A stretch of 64,000 bases of DNA from Candidatus Bathyarchaeia archaeon (GTDB lineage: Archaea > Thermoproteota > Bathyarchaeia > Bathyarchaeales > Bathycorpusculaceae). Below are positions 36,533-45,861 of the stretch, piece after piece. Made by a program: the position numbers and the translations under genes. Each line of letters opens with the position of its first letter. The stretch's first letter is position 1. Below the pieces are notes generated by a model, which worked only from the letters and a program-made list of their open reading frames with translations, made no database searches and was not told the DNA's origin. The DNA is taken from NCBI GenBank assembly GCA_038883775.1, contig JAVZLM010000003.1, positions 64,001 to 128,000 on the forward strand, written 5' to 3'.

Positions 36533-37444
36533 TTAATTTGTTAACTCAAACATTTTCTCCAGAGCCTTTCTAGCCTTTTTTGCTATGGCTTCTGGAACCG
36601 TGACCACATGTTTCTCTTCTTTTAAGGCTATGTAAAGCCTCTCCAAAGTGTTCAGTTTCATGTTTGGACAAACCGCTTCCTCATAAGCTAAAATAAACTG
36701 TTTCTCTGGGTTGTCCTTCCTTAAGCGGTGCAAGAGTCCCTCTTCAGTAGCTACAATAAAGGTTTTTGCGTTGTTTTCTTTTGCGTAGCGGCACATCTGT
36801 GATGTGCTTCCAATGTAGTCGGCTATGTTTCGCATTTCAAGGGTGCATTCTGGATGAACCATAACAACAGCCTCTGGATACTTCATCCTAAGCAACTGCA
36901 CATCTTCGGGTTGGAAAAGCAAATGAGTTGGGCAGAAACCCCACTCTGGAATTGGAATTATCGTCTTTCCAGTCTTTCTTTGAACGTAATCTGCCAAGTT
37001 GCGGTCTGGTCCAAAAAGCACCGTTTCAGCATTGACAGCCTCTATAACCTTTACGGCGTTTGCTGAAGTGCAACAAACATCGCAGTAGGCTTTTGCTGAA
37101 GCTAAAGTATTCACATAAAGAACAACGGGCACAAGTGGATAAAGCGCCTTCCACCGTTTAATCTCCTCCACAGTAAGCATTTGCGCCATGGGACAACGGG
37201 CTCCCAAAGAAGGCAACAAAACCTTCTTTTCAGGATTCAAAATGGCAGCGGATTCCGCCATAAAATCAACGGCTGAAAAAACTATTATTTCTGCATCCTT
37301 TTCCTCCATGGCTTTTCTGCTCAACTCTATACTGTCGCCTACGTAATCTGCAATGTCTTGGATTTCTGATCTTTGGTAATTGTGGGCTAAGATTACAGCT
37401 TTCTTTTCCTTTTTCAACTTTAGTATTTTTTCAGCCAATTCCAC
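36533..37444 (-). CDS. nadA: Quinolinate synthase
   Basis: ILAHNYQ, GDS, FMAE, CPMA, YVNT, CTSANA, FCPTH, VHPEC, GSTS, CPNMK. Confidence 0.95.
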   Translation of the reverse strand: MELAEKILKLKKEKKAVILAHNYQRSEIQDIADYVGDSIELSRKAMEEKDAEIIVFSAVDFMAESAAILNPEKKVLLPSLGARCPMAQMLTVEEIKRWKALYPLVPVVLYVNTLASAKAYCDVCCTSANAVKVIEAVNAETVLFGPDRNLADYVQRKTGKTIIPIPEWGFCPTHLLFQPEDVQLLRMKYPEAVVMVHPECTLEMRNIADYIGSTSQMCRYAKENNAKTFIVATEEGLLHRLRKDNPEKQFILAYEEAVCPNMKLNTLERLYIALKEEKHVVTVPEAIAKKARKALEKMFELTN

Positions 37445-37456
37445 GCCTTTCGCCTT

Positions 37457-37981
37457 TTAAACTATTTGTAAGGATTTTCTAACAGCGTCGATGAATATAT
37501 CCTTTGCTTGTAACTTCCTTTCGTATAGGTCGGCTCCACAGTGGTAACATTTCCTTTTTATGGCACCAGTGGATAATGGTTTTCCACATATTGGGCATTT
37601 GTATTTTTCTTCACTTTTAACAAGCCACTCTTCAATTTCACCCTTTCTAATCCTTTCAAGATTAGCTCTCATATCGACGCCATCCTCTTCCAAGTAAGGC
37701 TTGGCTAGTTTCTCAAATTTTTCGCATGTTTCACTTTCGTATTCGCTGCATTAGTAACAAAATTCTAAGCCTATATCCCTTAAACATTGGACGATTCTGC
37801 AGTTATATCCCCAACATTCTTGGCGTTAAAGCCATGCACCCTTCGCATCGCACTTTTCTGGTGGGCATTTGAAGTGTTGGGCAAGTTTGGCTAAGTATTC
37901 TCTATTATCTTTGTATGCTCTATAGATTGCGCAGGCGCCGCAGTATAATCCGCATCTGCCAACAAGATTAGCATTAACCAA
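37457..37981 (-). pseudogene. DUF3795-like Cys-rich protein, disrupted
   Basis: MVNANLVGRCGLYCGACAIY..CPPEK, then a frameshift, RCEGC, a compensating frameshift, CWGYNCRIVQC..FCY, TAA at 37751-37753, then in frame with the 78-aa ORF carrying CPICG..CYHCG. Confidence 0.75.
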
Positions 37982-38256
37982 AGTTTAAACTTCCTTTCTG
38001 TGAATGCCTAACAGACTTTGGAACTGTCTTAAAAGCTTGGTGCTTGATTTTGTTTAATATGGTCTTTTTTGAATGAGAAGCTGATATGCTATAGGGTCGT
38101 CAACGATTAATTCAAATTCTAAATTACCTTTGTTTTTTTCATTTTTGTGTCAAGATTTTTTCTCATCTGTCATTCACCAATTTTCAGCCTATTATATCGC
38201 AAGTCTTAATAAACATTTCCGTTTAAACGCACAACAAAAATACGCCTAAAACAAAA

Positions 38257-38767
38257 TTAAAGAATCCCCAAACGCACTAGCAGAGGCTCAACTCTCTTTT
38301 CATCATGATATTTGCTAACCATCTTTCTCAAATATTCTACGTCTACCTTCTCATTCTTTGTCATGCAGCGAATGTCTTCTATGTCATGTTTGTCCTGCTT
38401 TTCCGTTCTCTGAAGAATAGCCTTAAAAATTATATTGTCTTCAACTGGTATCAATGGAACCTCCACACCAAAAAGTTTTTCTCCATTTCTTTATCCATAA
38501 AAAACAAGCAACTCTCACTATTCACAACTATTTCCAAATCCGCTACGATACCTACATCCGCAATATTTCCTAAAACAGCCTTAGCCTTCTCAAAATCTAC
38601 ACTTTTAACTAAAATTTCAATGTCCGTAACCTTTCTCTTGCTCCCATAACAATAAGCAGCAGCTCCAGCAAAAACTGCCCAGCAAACACCAGCCTCGTTA
38701 AACCCATCCTTGACCTTACGAAGCCAAAACCAAGATTTGTATTATTCTGCAACACTATTCCTTCCAT
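38257..38767 (-). pseudogene. Nucleotidyltransferase-family gene, frameshifted
   Basis: The upstream frame reads GVCWAVFAGAAAYCYGSKRKVTDIEILV (NTase motif). It joins VEVPLIPVEDNIIFKAILQR..KHDIEDI only via frameshifts. Confidence 0.7.
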
Positions 38768-38934
38768 TTTATTTCTAATATTATGGCATAAAAAGATGTG
38801 CAGGGAGGTTAGGCTATACTGTTATTAATATGTAAGTTTTCTGTTTGCTTAATGAATGCCATGCATAGCATGTAGAGACACGCAGTTTTTAATTAGGCGC
38901 TTAGGGTAAACTGTGGGTTAAGTTAGGTGACGCT

Positions 38935-40035
38935 ATGGGTTCAGTTAGCGATTTTTCCAAAGGCTTTCTAGTGATGATGGTTATTATTTGGATTTTGAAT
39001 ATAATCACATTTTTTGTTTTGGGAAAGACCTTAGCGGCTACGCTTTTTCTTTTGATTTTAGTAATTCCTGTTTTAATTGTAGCTTATGAAGGTTGGAGGT
39101 GGAGAATAAGAAAGGAAAACGTGAATCGCTTGGATAGACTGAAGCAAGTTCTAATTTCCATGTATGGTGTTTCATTTGCTTGTTGGACATTCGACGTTAT
39201 CAGCACTTACTACGCAATTGACATTTTAGGAGTTGCCGCTGAACAGAATCCTTTAGGCTGGCCTTTTGGAGCTTTAGGCGCTTTAATATTTTATATTCCA
39301 GCAATGGCTTTCACTTATTTGCTTTTGCTCAATGTCAAACAAAAATATGCAGTCTTAGCTGCTGCCATAATAACTGTTTTAGCCTTATACCTTGGGTTCT
39401 TAAATTTTGTTGCTGGCAGCCAAAATTTCGGTTTCTTTACTGATTCAATGCCTTCGGTTTCTGAAGCTTATAGCTATCTATTCTTGACCGTAATTGTCAT
39501 CGACATCATTTGTGTATTAGTCTTTGTGAAATTAACAAAACTAGCGATACCCATGTGGATGAAAACTAGACCAAACCTATCTGTAATTGCTGTTATTTTA
39601 AGCACAATAGCTCTTATCGTTAGTCTTACACAACCCATATACAACCTAATCATTAATAACAGTAAGCAACAAGGCAAGCCATCCTTCGAGTTGGCTGATT
39701 TCTACGTATCCTATACTTATACGCTTATTGAAATTCGAAATAATGGAACAGCAACAGCAAAAAACGTTATTGTAACATTCTATTTCATTAGACCGCCAAA
39801 CTCAAATTCCACCTATCGACCTTTCGAATGGGCAACAACCGAATTTATAGAAGAAATAAGAGAAGGCGAATCAGCCTTCATGAGTGTTCCTGTGGGAAGC
39901 TATCATCTTGAATCAACCTATCAGGACATAAACGCCACAGACTATTCCGCTAAAGTGATTGTCCATTGCGAACAAGCAGAAAATCTTAACACAGTCTTTT
40001 ATTTGGAACATTTCGAAGTATTACCTAATCCCTAA
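38935..40035 (+). CDS. Multi-TM membrane protein with extracellular C-terminal beta domain (DUF5658-like core)
   Basis: FDVISTYYA..EQNPL motif, about seven TM helices, IRNNGTATAKNV. Confidence 0.7.
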   Translation: MGSVSDFSKGFLVMMVIIWILNIITFFVLGKTLAATLFLLILVIPVLIVAYEGWRWRIRKENVNRLDRLKQVLISMYGVSFACWTFDVISTYYAIDILGVAAEQNPLGWPFGALGALIFYIPAMAFTYLLLLNVKQKYAVLAAAIITVLALYLGFLNFVAGSQNFGFFTDSMPSVSEAYSYLFLTVIVIDIICVLVFVKLTKLAIPMWMKTRPNLSVIAVILSTIALIVSLTQPIYNLIINNSKQQGKPSFELADFYVSYTYTLIEIRNNGTATAKNVIVTFYFIRPPNSNSTYRPFEWATTEFIEEIREGESAFMSVPVGSYHLESTYQDINATDYSAKVIVHCEQAENLNTVFYLEHFEVLPNP

Positions 40036-40045
40036 AAATAGTGTT

Positions 40046-40240
40046 TTAACCTTTTTTCTTGTACTGCCTATACTCATGTGCTATCATAGATAAAGGAATA
40101 AGCAAACCAATAAGAAATAGCAATGCCATTCCACTTTGCCCACTAAAAGTGAAATAAAGCAGTGCAACAATCCACCAAGCAACCCATGTAATAAGTATGG
40201 CCTTAGCCAAACCCCCTGTAAAACCCAACAATAACACCAT
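40046..40240 (-). CDS. Small two-TM hypothetical protein
   Basis: 64 aa, hydrophobic with a basic tail. Confidence 0.55.
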   Translation of the reverse strand: MVLLLGFTGGLAKAILITWVAWWIVALLYFTFSGQSGMALLFLIGLLIPLSMIAHEYRQYKKKG

Positions 40241-40392
40241 GTAGAATAAATTCCTATAGCATGTATTAAAGCTTACGATACAGTGATTCGCTTTAGAGAG
40301 TACATTGTAAAATTGAACAGCAAATCCTTTATGGAATGTTACGTGCGGAAGTCTTATATTCTATAACTATAATTATAGAAATGATGATAAAC

Positions 40393-40593
40393 ATGCCCAC
40401 CACGGTTCAAGTGGATGAAAAAACGCTTCAGTTACTTAACAAGCTAAAAGAAGAAATGAAAGCAAGAAGCCACGACGAAGTCATTAAGACACTAATTTCC
40501 GAAAGAAAAAGAATTCCCCGCTCAATGTTTGGAACAAATCCCAAATTGAAGCCTTTTTCAAAGAAAGACGAGGCCGAACGTCATGAGCTATAA
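40393..40593 (+). CDS. vapB: VapB-type antitoxin
   Basis: MPTTVQVDEKTLQLLNKLK..SHDEVIKTL..SMFG. Overlaps the PIN gene start. Exact start uncertain. Confidence 0.75.
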   Translation: MPTTVQVDEKTLQLLNKLKEEMKARSHDEVIKTLISERKRIPRSMFGTNPKLKPFSKKDEAERHEL

Positions 40594-41020
40594 GTATGTT
40601 ATTGATGCTTATGCTTGGATAGAGTATTTTAGAGGTTCCAAATCTGGAGAAATCGTCAAAAGATATATAGAAAGTGAAGATTCAGCCACCCCTACAATAG
40701 TTGTTTCAGAAATTAGCAGAAAACTGCTGAAAGAAATTGAGCTTGGAAATGAAACTCATGAAGGGAGACTAAAACGCCTAGAATTTATAAGAGCAACAAC
40801 TCAAATAATTGCCTTAAATTTTGAAATTGCAGCTGAAGCAGGCACAATAGATCTTGAAATGAAAAAGAAAGTGAAGGGTTGGGGGCTGGCAGACTCCATA
40901 ATTCTGTTCACGGCAAGAGCAGCTAAAGGAAAAGTTGTCACAGGAGATCAGCATTTTAGAGGATTTAAAGAAACAATTTTCATAAAGAACAATAATGCAG
41001 CTTTCAAATTTGAACATTGA
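40583..41020 (+). CDS. vapC: PIN-domain toxin
   Basis: VIDAYAWIEYF, VVSEI, LADSII, VTGDQHF. Confidence 0.9.
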   Translation: MSYKYVIDAYAWIEYFRGSKSGEIVKRYIESEDSATPTIVVSEISRKLLKEIELGNETHEGRLKRLEFIRATTQIIALNFEIAAEAGTIDLEMKKKVKGWGLADSIILFTARAAKGKVVTGDQHFRGFKETIFIKNNNAAFKFEH

Positions 41021-41034
41021 ACCCATGTGGAATT

Positions 41035-41996
41035 TTAAGCTTTAAGTATGCGATCTTGGCTTTTCAGTTTTCGCCTTAAAAACAGAAGTCCAATTATGGA
41101 TGCTAAGCCAACAAGCGACATACCACGGATTCCGTTTATTTCATGCAAAAACGCCAAGAAAATCAGAAAAGAAAGGGCGCCAGCAACTATTGCCAATTGG
41201 CTAGTAGCGGATTTTGGGTTATCCCAATCAAAACTATTTAACAACCTTAGCATGCCAAAAACTAATACTATTCCCAGAAGCATTAGAAAAATTGGAAAGT
41301 TTATGAAGTTGGGACCAGCCCAAAACAGCAAGAAAAAAATGATGGTGCTTCCCAAACCAGCAATCCACAAAAGTTTAGTCTTGCCAGTCTTCTTTTCTTT
41401 TACCTTATAATTTTTTGATGGAATTTTATAAGCTACGTAAATGAATAGGAACATCGCGAGAATAACCAGCAAATAATGTGTTAATGGCGGAATGTAAGGC
41501 GTTAAAAGGAAATATCCTAAGGCTGTCACAAACGTTAATAAGGCTGTGAGACCAGCGAATGTGCGCTTACCTATCCAAATGTCATTTTTTTCTGGATAAG
41601 CAAGTTCAACAAGCACTATGGGAATTGTTATGCTGAAAACAGCATGATAAATAATTAACATCTCACTCCAAACCCAGTTGACCCCCATCCACCTACCATA
41701 AACCCCCAAAATCCCCAAATCCACCCACTCTGGATCAAAAAAGCTCTTCACCATCAATCCCTCCTCAAGTATCCCATAGGCAGCTCCGAGCAAAAGCAAC
41801 GCCCTAAAATCTTTTTTCCATCGAACTTTAAGTTCACGCATTATAACTGCGCCACTACCATACAACGCGACAAGCAGAAGAAAAACAATTGGATTAAAAA
41901 ACTCCAATGGCGGCGAAGAACCTGAAAGAAGTTCGCTATCGCTGGAGCCAAAACAAAAAGAACAAGCGAAGGCGAAAGCTTAGGCTTCTTAATCAT
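41035..41996 (-). pseudogene. Multi-TM membrane protein with a frameshift near its N-terminus
   Basis: ATG at 41996 gives MIKKPKLSPSLVLFVLAPAI. A 1-nt shift near 41935 continues ELLSGSSPPLEFFNP into the 290-aa ORF (YGILEEGL..KSFFDP). Could be a sequencing error. Confidence 0.65.
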
Positions 41997-42058
41997 AAAA
42001 CTCCCTTAGGTGAGCCTTTATGGATTTAAAGCTTATGATATGTTGATTCGCACTAAGC

Positions 42059-42171
42059 TGGTGCGGCGGGCCGGATTTGAACCGGCGAACCCCTACGGGA
42101 GAGGATGGCTCATAGGGTTCTGTTTTCCGATCTTGAGTCCTCCGCCTTTGACCTGGCTTGGCTACCGCCGC
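42059..42171 (-). tRNA. tRNA-Leu(CAA) with a 25-nt intron (42107-42131) at 37/38 and encoded CCA
   Basis: Acceptor stem GCGGCGG/CCGCCGC-A-CCA, anticodon stem GAGGA/TCCTC, loop CTCAAG|A, long variable arm, GGTTCAAATCC. BHB helix CTCA/TGAG. Confidence 0.93.
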
Positions 42172-42485
42172 CCATTTTTCATTTTGGATAATGGGAATTT
42201 AAGCTTACCGACTCTGGAAAATCTAGAGGGTAGGGTCCGTATTGGAATAGAAATAGCCTAATAAATGATTAAATTTTTGGGCTAAAACGTTAGTGGTGCA
42301 AGAGAGAAGTTGAAGATGGCATGAAAAAGTTTATTAGTGAGGTGTGTGGTTTCTGTGTTTAGCTCTTATAAATTGGAGACAATTTTTCGGTTGGATGAAC
42401 CAACTGTTGGAGGAAATTAAAAGTTTGAAAAAACCCGCACCACATAATTCCATCCACGCATGTTTAAGGGTAAAACGGCGGGGGT

Positions 42486-45400
42486 TTGTTAAAATTGGCT
42501 GAAATTTCAAGAGAAGACGCAAACCTTTTGTTAAAAGCGTTTTTTAAAGAGAAGGGCTTAGTCCGCCAACATTTAGACTCCTTCAACGAGTTTATTGATC
42601 ATGGCTTGCAAGAAGTTATCGATGAGGTTGGCGAAATTCCAATTGAGGTTCCAGAAAGCCCATACAAAGTTAAGCTTGGACAAGTTTGGATAATAGACCC
42701 ACAAACTCGAATTACTGGTCCGTATACTACGGAAGTTGATGGAACAAAACATGAAATATACCCGATGGAAGCGAGACTGCGAAACTTAACCTATGCGGCT
42801 CCAATCGCCCTAGAAATGACACCAGTTATCGACGGCAGAGAGCAAGACACAGAACTTGTTTACATCGGGAACATTCCAGTGATGCTGAAATCAAAGCTTT
42901 GCTTCTTGTCACAGCTTTCAAGGGATGAGCTAATAGCATGTGGCGAAGATCCAGATGATCCAGGCGGTTATTTCATAGTTAATGGTTCTGAACGTGTTAT
43001 TGTGGCTATGGAGGATTTGGCTCCAAACCGTATAATAGTGGATATTGACGAGAAGGGCGCAACGCCCGTTTACATGGCGAAAATGTTCTCTACAACGGTG
43101 GGTTTCAGAGCAAGAATAGAACTAAAAATGAAGTCGGACGGCGCCATATACGTTTCAATGCCAGGTGTTCCCACAGAAGTTCCAGTTGTCGTGGTAATGC
43201 GTGCTTTAGGTTTAGAATCTGATAAGGAAATAGCTGAAGCTGTTTCGGTGGATAAGGAAATACAACGCGAATTGGAGCCATCCTTTGAAAAGTCTCTAGG
43301 CGTGGACGCGGTGAAAGACGCAATAATTTTCATTGGAAACCGTGTTGCTCACGGTCAGGTTGAGGAATACCGAATACAAAAGGCTGAGGCAATCCTTGAC
43401 AAAAACTTCTTGCCACATATTGGCAGAACCAGCCAAAGCAGAAGGGACAAGGCTTTATTTTTGGGCGAAATGGTTTGCAGAGTAATTGAACTAAAACTTG
43501 GAAGAAGAAACGTAGACGACAAAGACCACTTCAAAAACAAGCGCCTCAGACTTGCTGGTCCGCTTCTTGCAGACCTCTTCAGAGTAGCCTTCAGAAACCT
43601 TGTGAGAGACATAAAATATCAGCTTGAGCGCATAGGCGTTAAAGGACCAATAATAACGGTTTCTGCGGCTGTGCGTCCAGGAATAATTACGGAAAGGCTT
43701 CAGCATGCCCTTGCCACTGGAAACTGGGGAAGGGGAAGAGTTGGCGTAACCCAGCTTTTGGATAGGACAAACCACATTTCAACATTAAGCCATTTGCGCA
43801 GACTCCAATCGCCCCTAAGCCGAAGTCAGCCAAACTTTGAGGCAAGAGATTTGCATCCAACCCATTGGGGACGCTTATGCCCAAACGAAACCCCAGAAGG
43901 CTCCAATTGTGGGCTTGTAAAGAATTTAGCCCTTTCAGCATGCATTTCTGTCGGTGTCAACCCTGAAAAAATAAGGCAGGTCCTATTCAGCATGGGTGTA
44001 ATATCTGTTTATGAAGCAAACGAAGCCATCAAACTTTCTGGAGCCAAAGTTTTCGTTGATGGAAACCTCATTGGATATTGTAACTCTCCAGATGATTTAA
44101 CACGAGAATTTAGGGAAAGACGAAGAAGGGGTGAAATTTCAACAGAAGTTAACATTGCCCATTTCTCCAAAGTTCATGGGGAAAGAGATGAGGTATACAT
44201 AAATTGTGATGAGGGAAGGGTTAGGAGACCCCTCATAATAGTTGAGGATAGCGTTCCAAAACTTCAGCGGGAACATGTGGAGAAAATTGCTTCTGGAGAA
44301 TGGTCTTGGGAAGACTTAGTTAAAAACGGCATAATCGAATATTTGGATGCTGAAGAAGAAGAAAACGCCTATGTAGCCATAAGCCTCGACAAAATCACTC
44401 CAGAACACACACATGTGGAAATTGCAACCTACACAATTCTTGGCATTTGCGCGTCCACAATCCCCTATGCAGAACATAACCAGTCACCCCGCAACTCTTA
44501 CCAAGCGGCAATGGCGAAACAAGCCTTAGGAGTTTATGCTACAAACTTTAACCAACGCGTAGACTCCCGCTCTCACATTCTTCATTATCCGCAAACACCA
44601 CTGGTTGAAACGGCTTTGATGGATATTATGGGGTATAAGCTTCGTCCTTCGGGACAAAATTGCATAGTAGCTGTATTATCCTATGAAGGCTATAATATGG
44701 AAGACGCCCTAATCTTCAACAAAGCCTCAATTGAAAGGGGTTTGGGGCGCTCAACTTTTTATAGAATTTATGAGGCAGAATGTCGCCAATACTTGGGAGG
44801 ATTAAAGGACAAATTTGTTTTGCCAGAACCTGGAACCCGCGGTTTTAGAGGAGAACAGTATTATAGGCTTCTTGAGCCTGATGGCATAATAAGTTTGGAG
44901 GCAAGCGTTGCTGGTGGAGACGTTTTAATTGGCAGAATTAGTCCGCCACGGTTTATTGAGGAATATAAGGAGTTTGAGGTGAAAGGTCCCTCCATGCGGG
45001 ACACGTCTGTGGACATGCGTCCTTCGGAGACTGGAATTGTGGATGCTGTCTTCTTAACAGAATCGGGAGAAGGAAGCAAACTTGTGAAAGTTCGCGTTAG
45101 AGACCAACGCATTCCAGAATTGGGCGACAAGTTTGCCTCCCGCCATGGACAAAAGGGCGTTATAGGATTGATTGTTCCACAGGAGGATATGCCCTTCACA
45201 GAAGACGGAATAGTTCCAGACATGATAATTAATCCCCACGCTATTCCATCAAGAATGACTATTGGACACTTTATGGAGTCTTTGGCTGGAAAGGTTGCTG
45301 CCATGCGTGGCAAACCAGTAGACGGTACACCCTTCACTAACGAAAAGTCTGAGGAACTTAGAAAAGCGCTAATCCAGTTGGGCTTTAGCCACACTGGAAG

Positions 45401-45860
45401 CGAAGTTTTCTATAATGGGGTTACTGGCGAAAAATTTGTTGCAGACATTTTTGTTGGAATTGTTTATTATCAAAAGTTGCATCACATGGTTGCCGACAAA
45501 ATCCATGCTAGAGCCAGAGGACAAGTTCAGATGCTGACGAGACAGCCAACAGAGGGGCGGGCACGGGGTGGAGGCTTAAGGTTCGGCGAGATGGAGCGTG
45601 ACTGCCTAATCGGGCATGGAGCTGCAATGCTATTGCGAGATAGGCTTTTGGAGGAGTCGGATAAATATACGCTTTATGTTTGTGAAAACTGCGGTTACAT
45701 AGCCTACTACGACATGAAACAGAGAAAATACATATGCAGAGTGTGCGAAGACAAGGCGAAAATTTCCCCAGTGGTGGTTTCCTACGCCTTCAAACTTCTC
45801 CTTCAAGAGTTAATGAGTCTTTGCATAGCTCCAAAATTAAAGCTTAAGGAGAGGGCATAA
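42486..45860 (+). CDS. rpoB: DNA-directed RNA polymerase subunit B (unsplit)
   Basis: GGYFIVNGSERV, ETPEG, GYNMED, GDKFASRHGQKG, RFGEMERD, C-terminal Zn ribbon. Confidence 0.98.
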   Translation: MLKLAEISREDANLLLKAFFKEKGLVRQHLDSFNEFIDHGLQEVIDEVGEIPIEVPESPYKVKLGQVWIIDPQTRITGPYTTEVDGTKHEIYPMEARLRNLTYAAPIALEMTPVIDGREQDTELVYIGNIPVMLKSKLCFLSQLSRDELIACGEDPDDPGGYFIVNGSERVIVAMEDLAPNRIIVDIDEKGATPVYMAKMFSTTVGFRARIELKMKSDGAIYVSMPGVPTEVPVVVVMRALGLESDKEIAEAVSVDKEIQRELEPSFEKSLGVDAVKDAIIFIGNRVAHGQVEEYRIQKAEAILDKNFLPHIGRTSQSRRDKALFLGEMVCRVIELKLGRRNVDDKDHFKNKRLRLAGPLLADLFRVAFRNLVRDIKYQLERIGVKGPIITVSAAVRPGIITERLQHALATGNWGRGRVGVTQLLDRTNHISTLSHLRRLQSPLSRSQPNFEARDLHPTHWGRLCPNETPEGSNCGLVKNLALSACISVGVNPEKIRQVLFSMGVISVYEANEAIKLSGAKVFVDGNLIGYCNSPDDLTREFRERRRRGEISTEVNIAHFSKVHGERDEVYINCDEGRVRRPLIIVEDSVPKLQREHVEKIASGEWSWEDLVKNGIIEYLDAEEEENAYVAISLDKITPEHTHVEIATYTILGICASTIPYAEHNQSPRNSYQAAMAKQALGVYATNFNQRVDSRSHILHYPQTPLVETALMDIMGYKLRPSGQNCIVAVLSYEGYNMEDALIFNKASIERGLGRSTFYRIYEAECRQYLGGLKDKFVLPEPGTRGFRGEQYYRLLEPDGIISLEASVAGGDVLIGRISPPRFIEEYKEFEVKGPSMRDTSVDMRPSETGIVDAVFLTESGEGSKLVKVRVRDQRIPELGDKFASRHGQKGVIGLIVPQEDMPFTEDGIVPDMIINPHAIPSRMTIGHFMESLAGKVAAMRGKPVDGTPFTNEKSEELRKALIQLGFSHTGSEVFYNGVTGEKFVADIFVGIVYYQKLHHMVADKIHARARGQVQMLTRQPTEGRARGGGLRFGEMERDCLIGHGAAMLLRDRLLEESDKYTLYVCENCGYIAYYDMKQRKYICRVCEDKAKISPVVVSYAFKLLLQELMSLCIAPKLKLKERA

Positions 45861-45861
45861 A

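Noticed and set aside
37751-37753. Stop-codon recoding (Sec/Pyl) in the Cys-rich gene
   Set aside because: The codon is TAA, and the gene also has frameshifts.
37457-42171. Intact provirus or integrative element at tRNA-Leu
   Set aside because: No integrase, no viral genes, and no duplicated tRNA 3' end found by eye.
42010-42261. 83-aa ORF on the + strand
   Set aside because: It is the antisense of tRNA-Leu.
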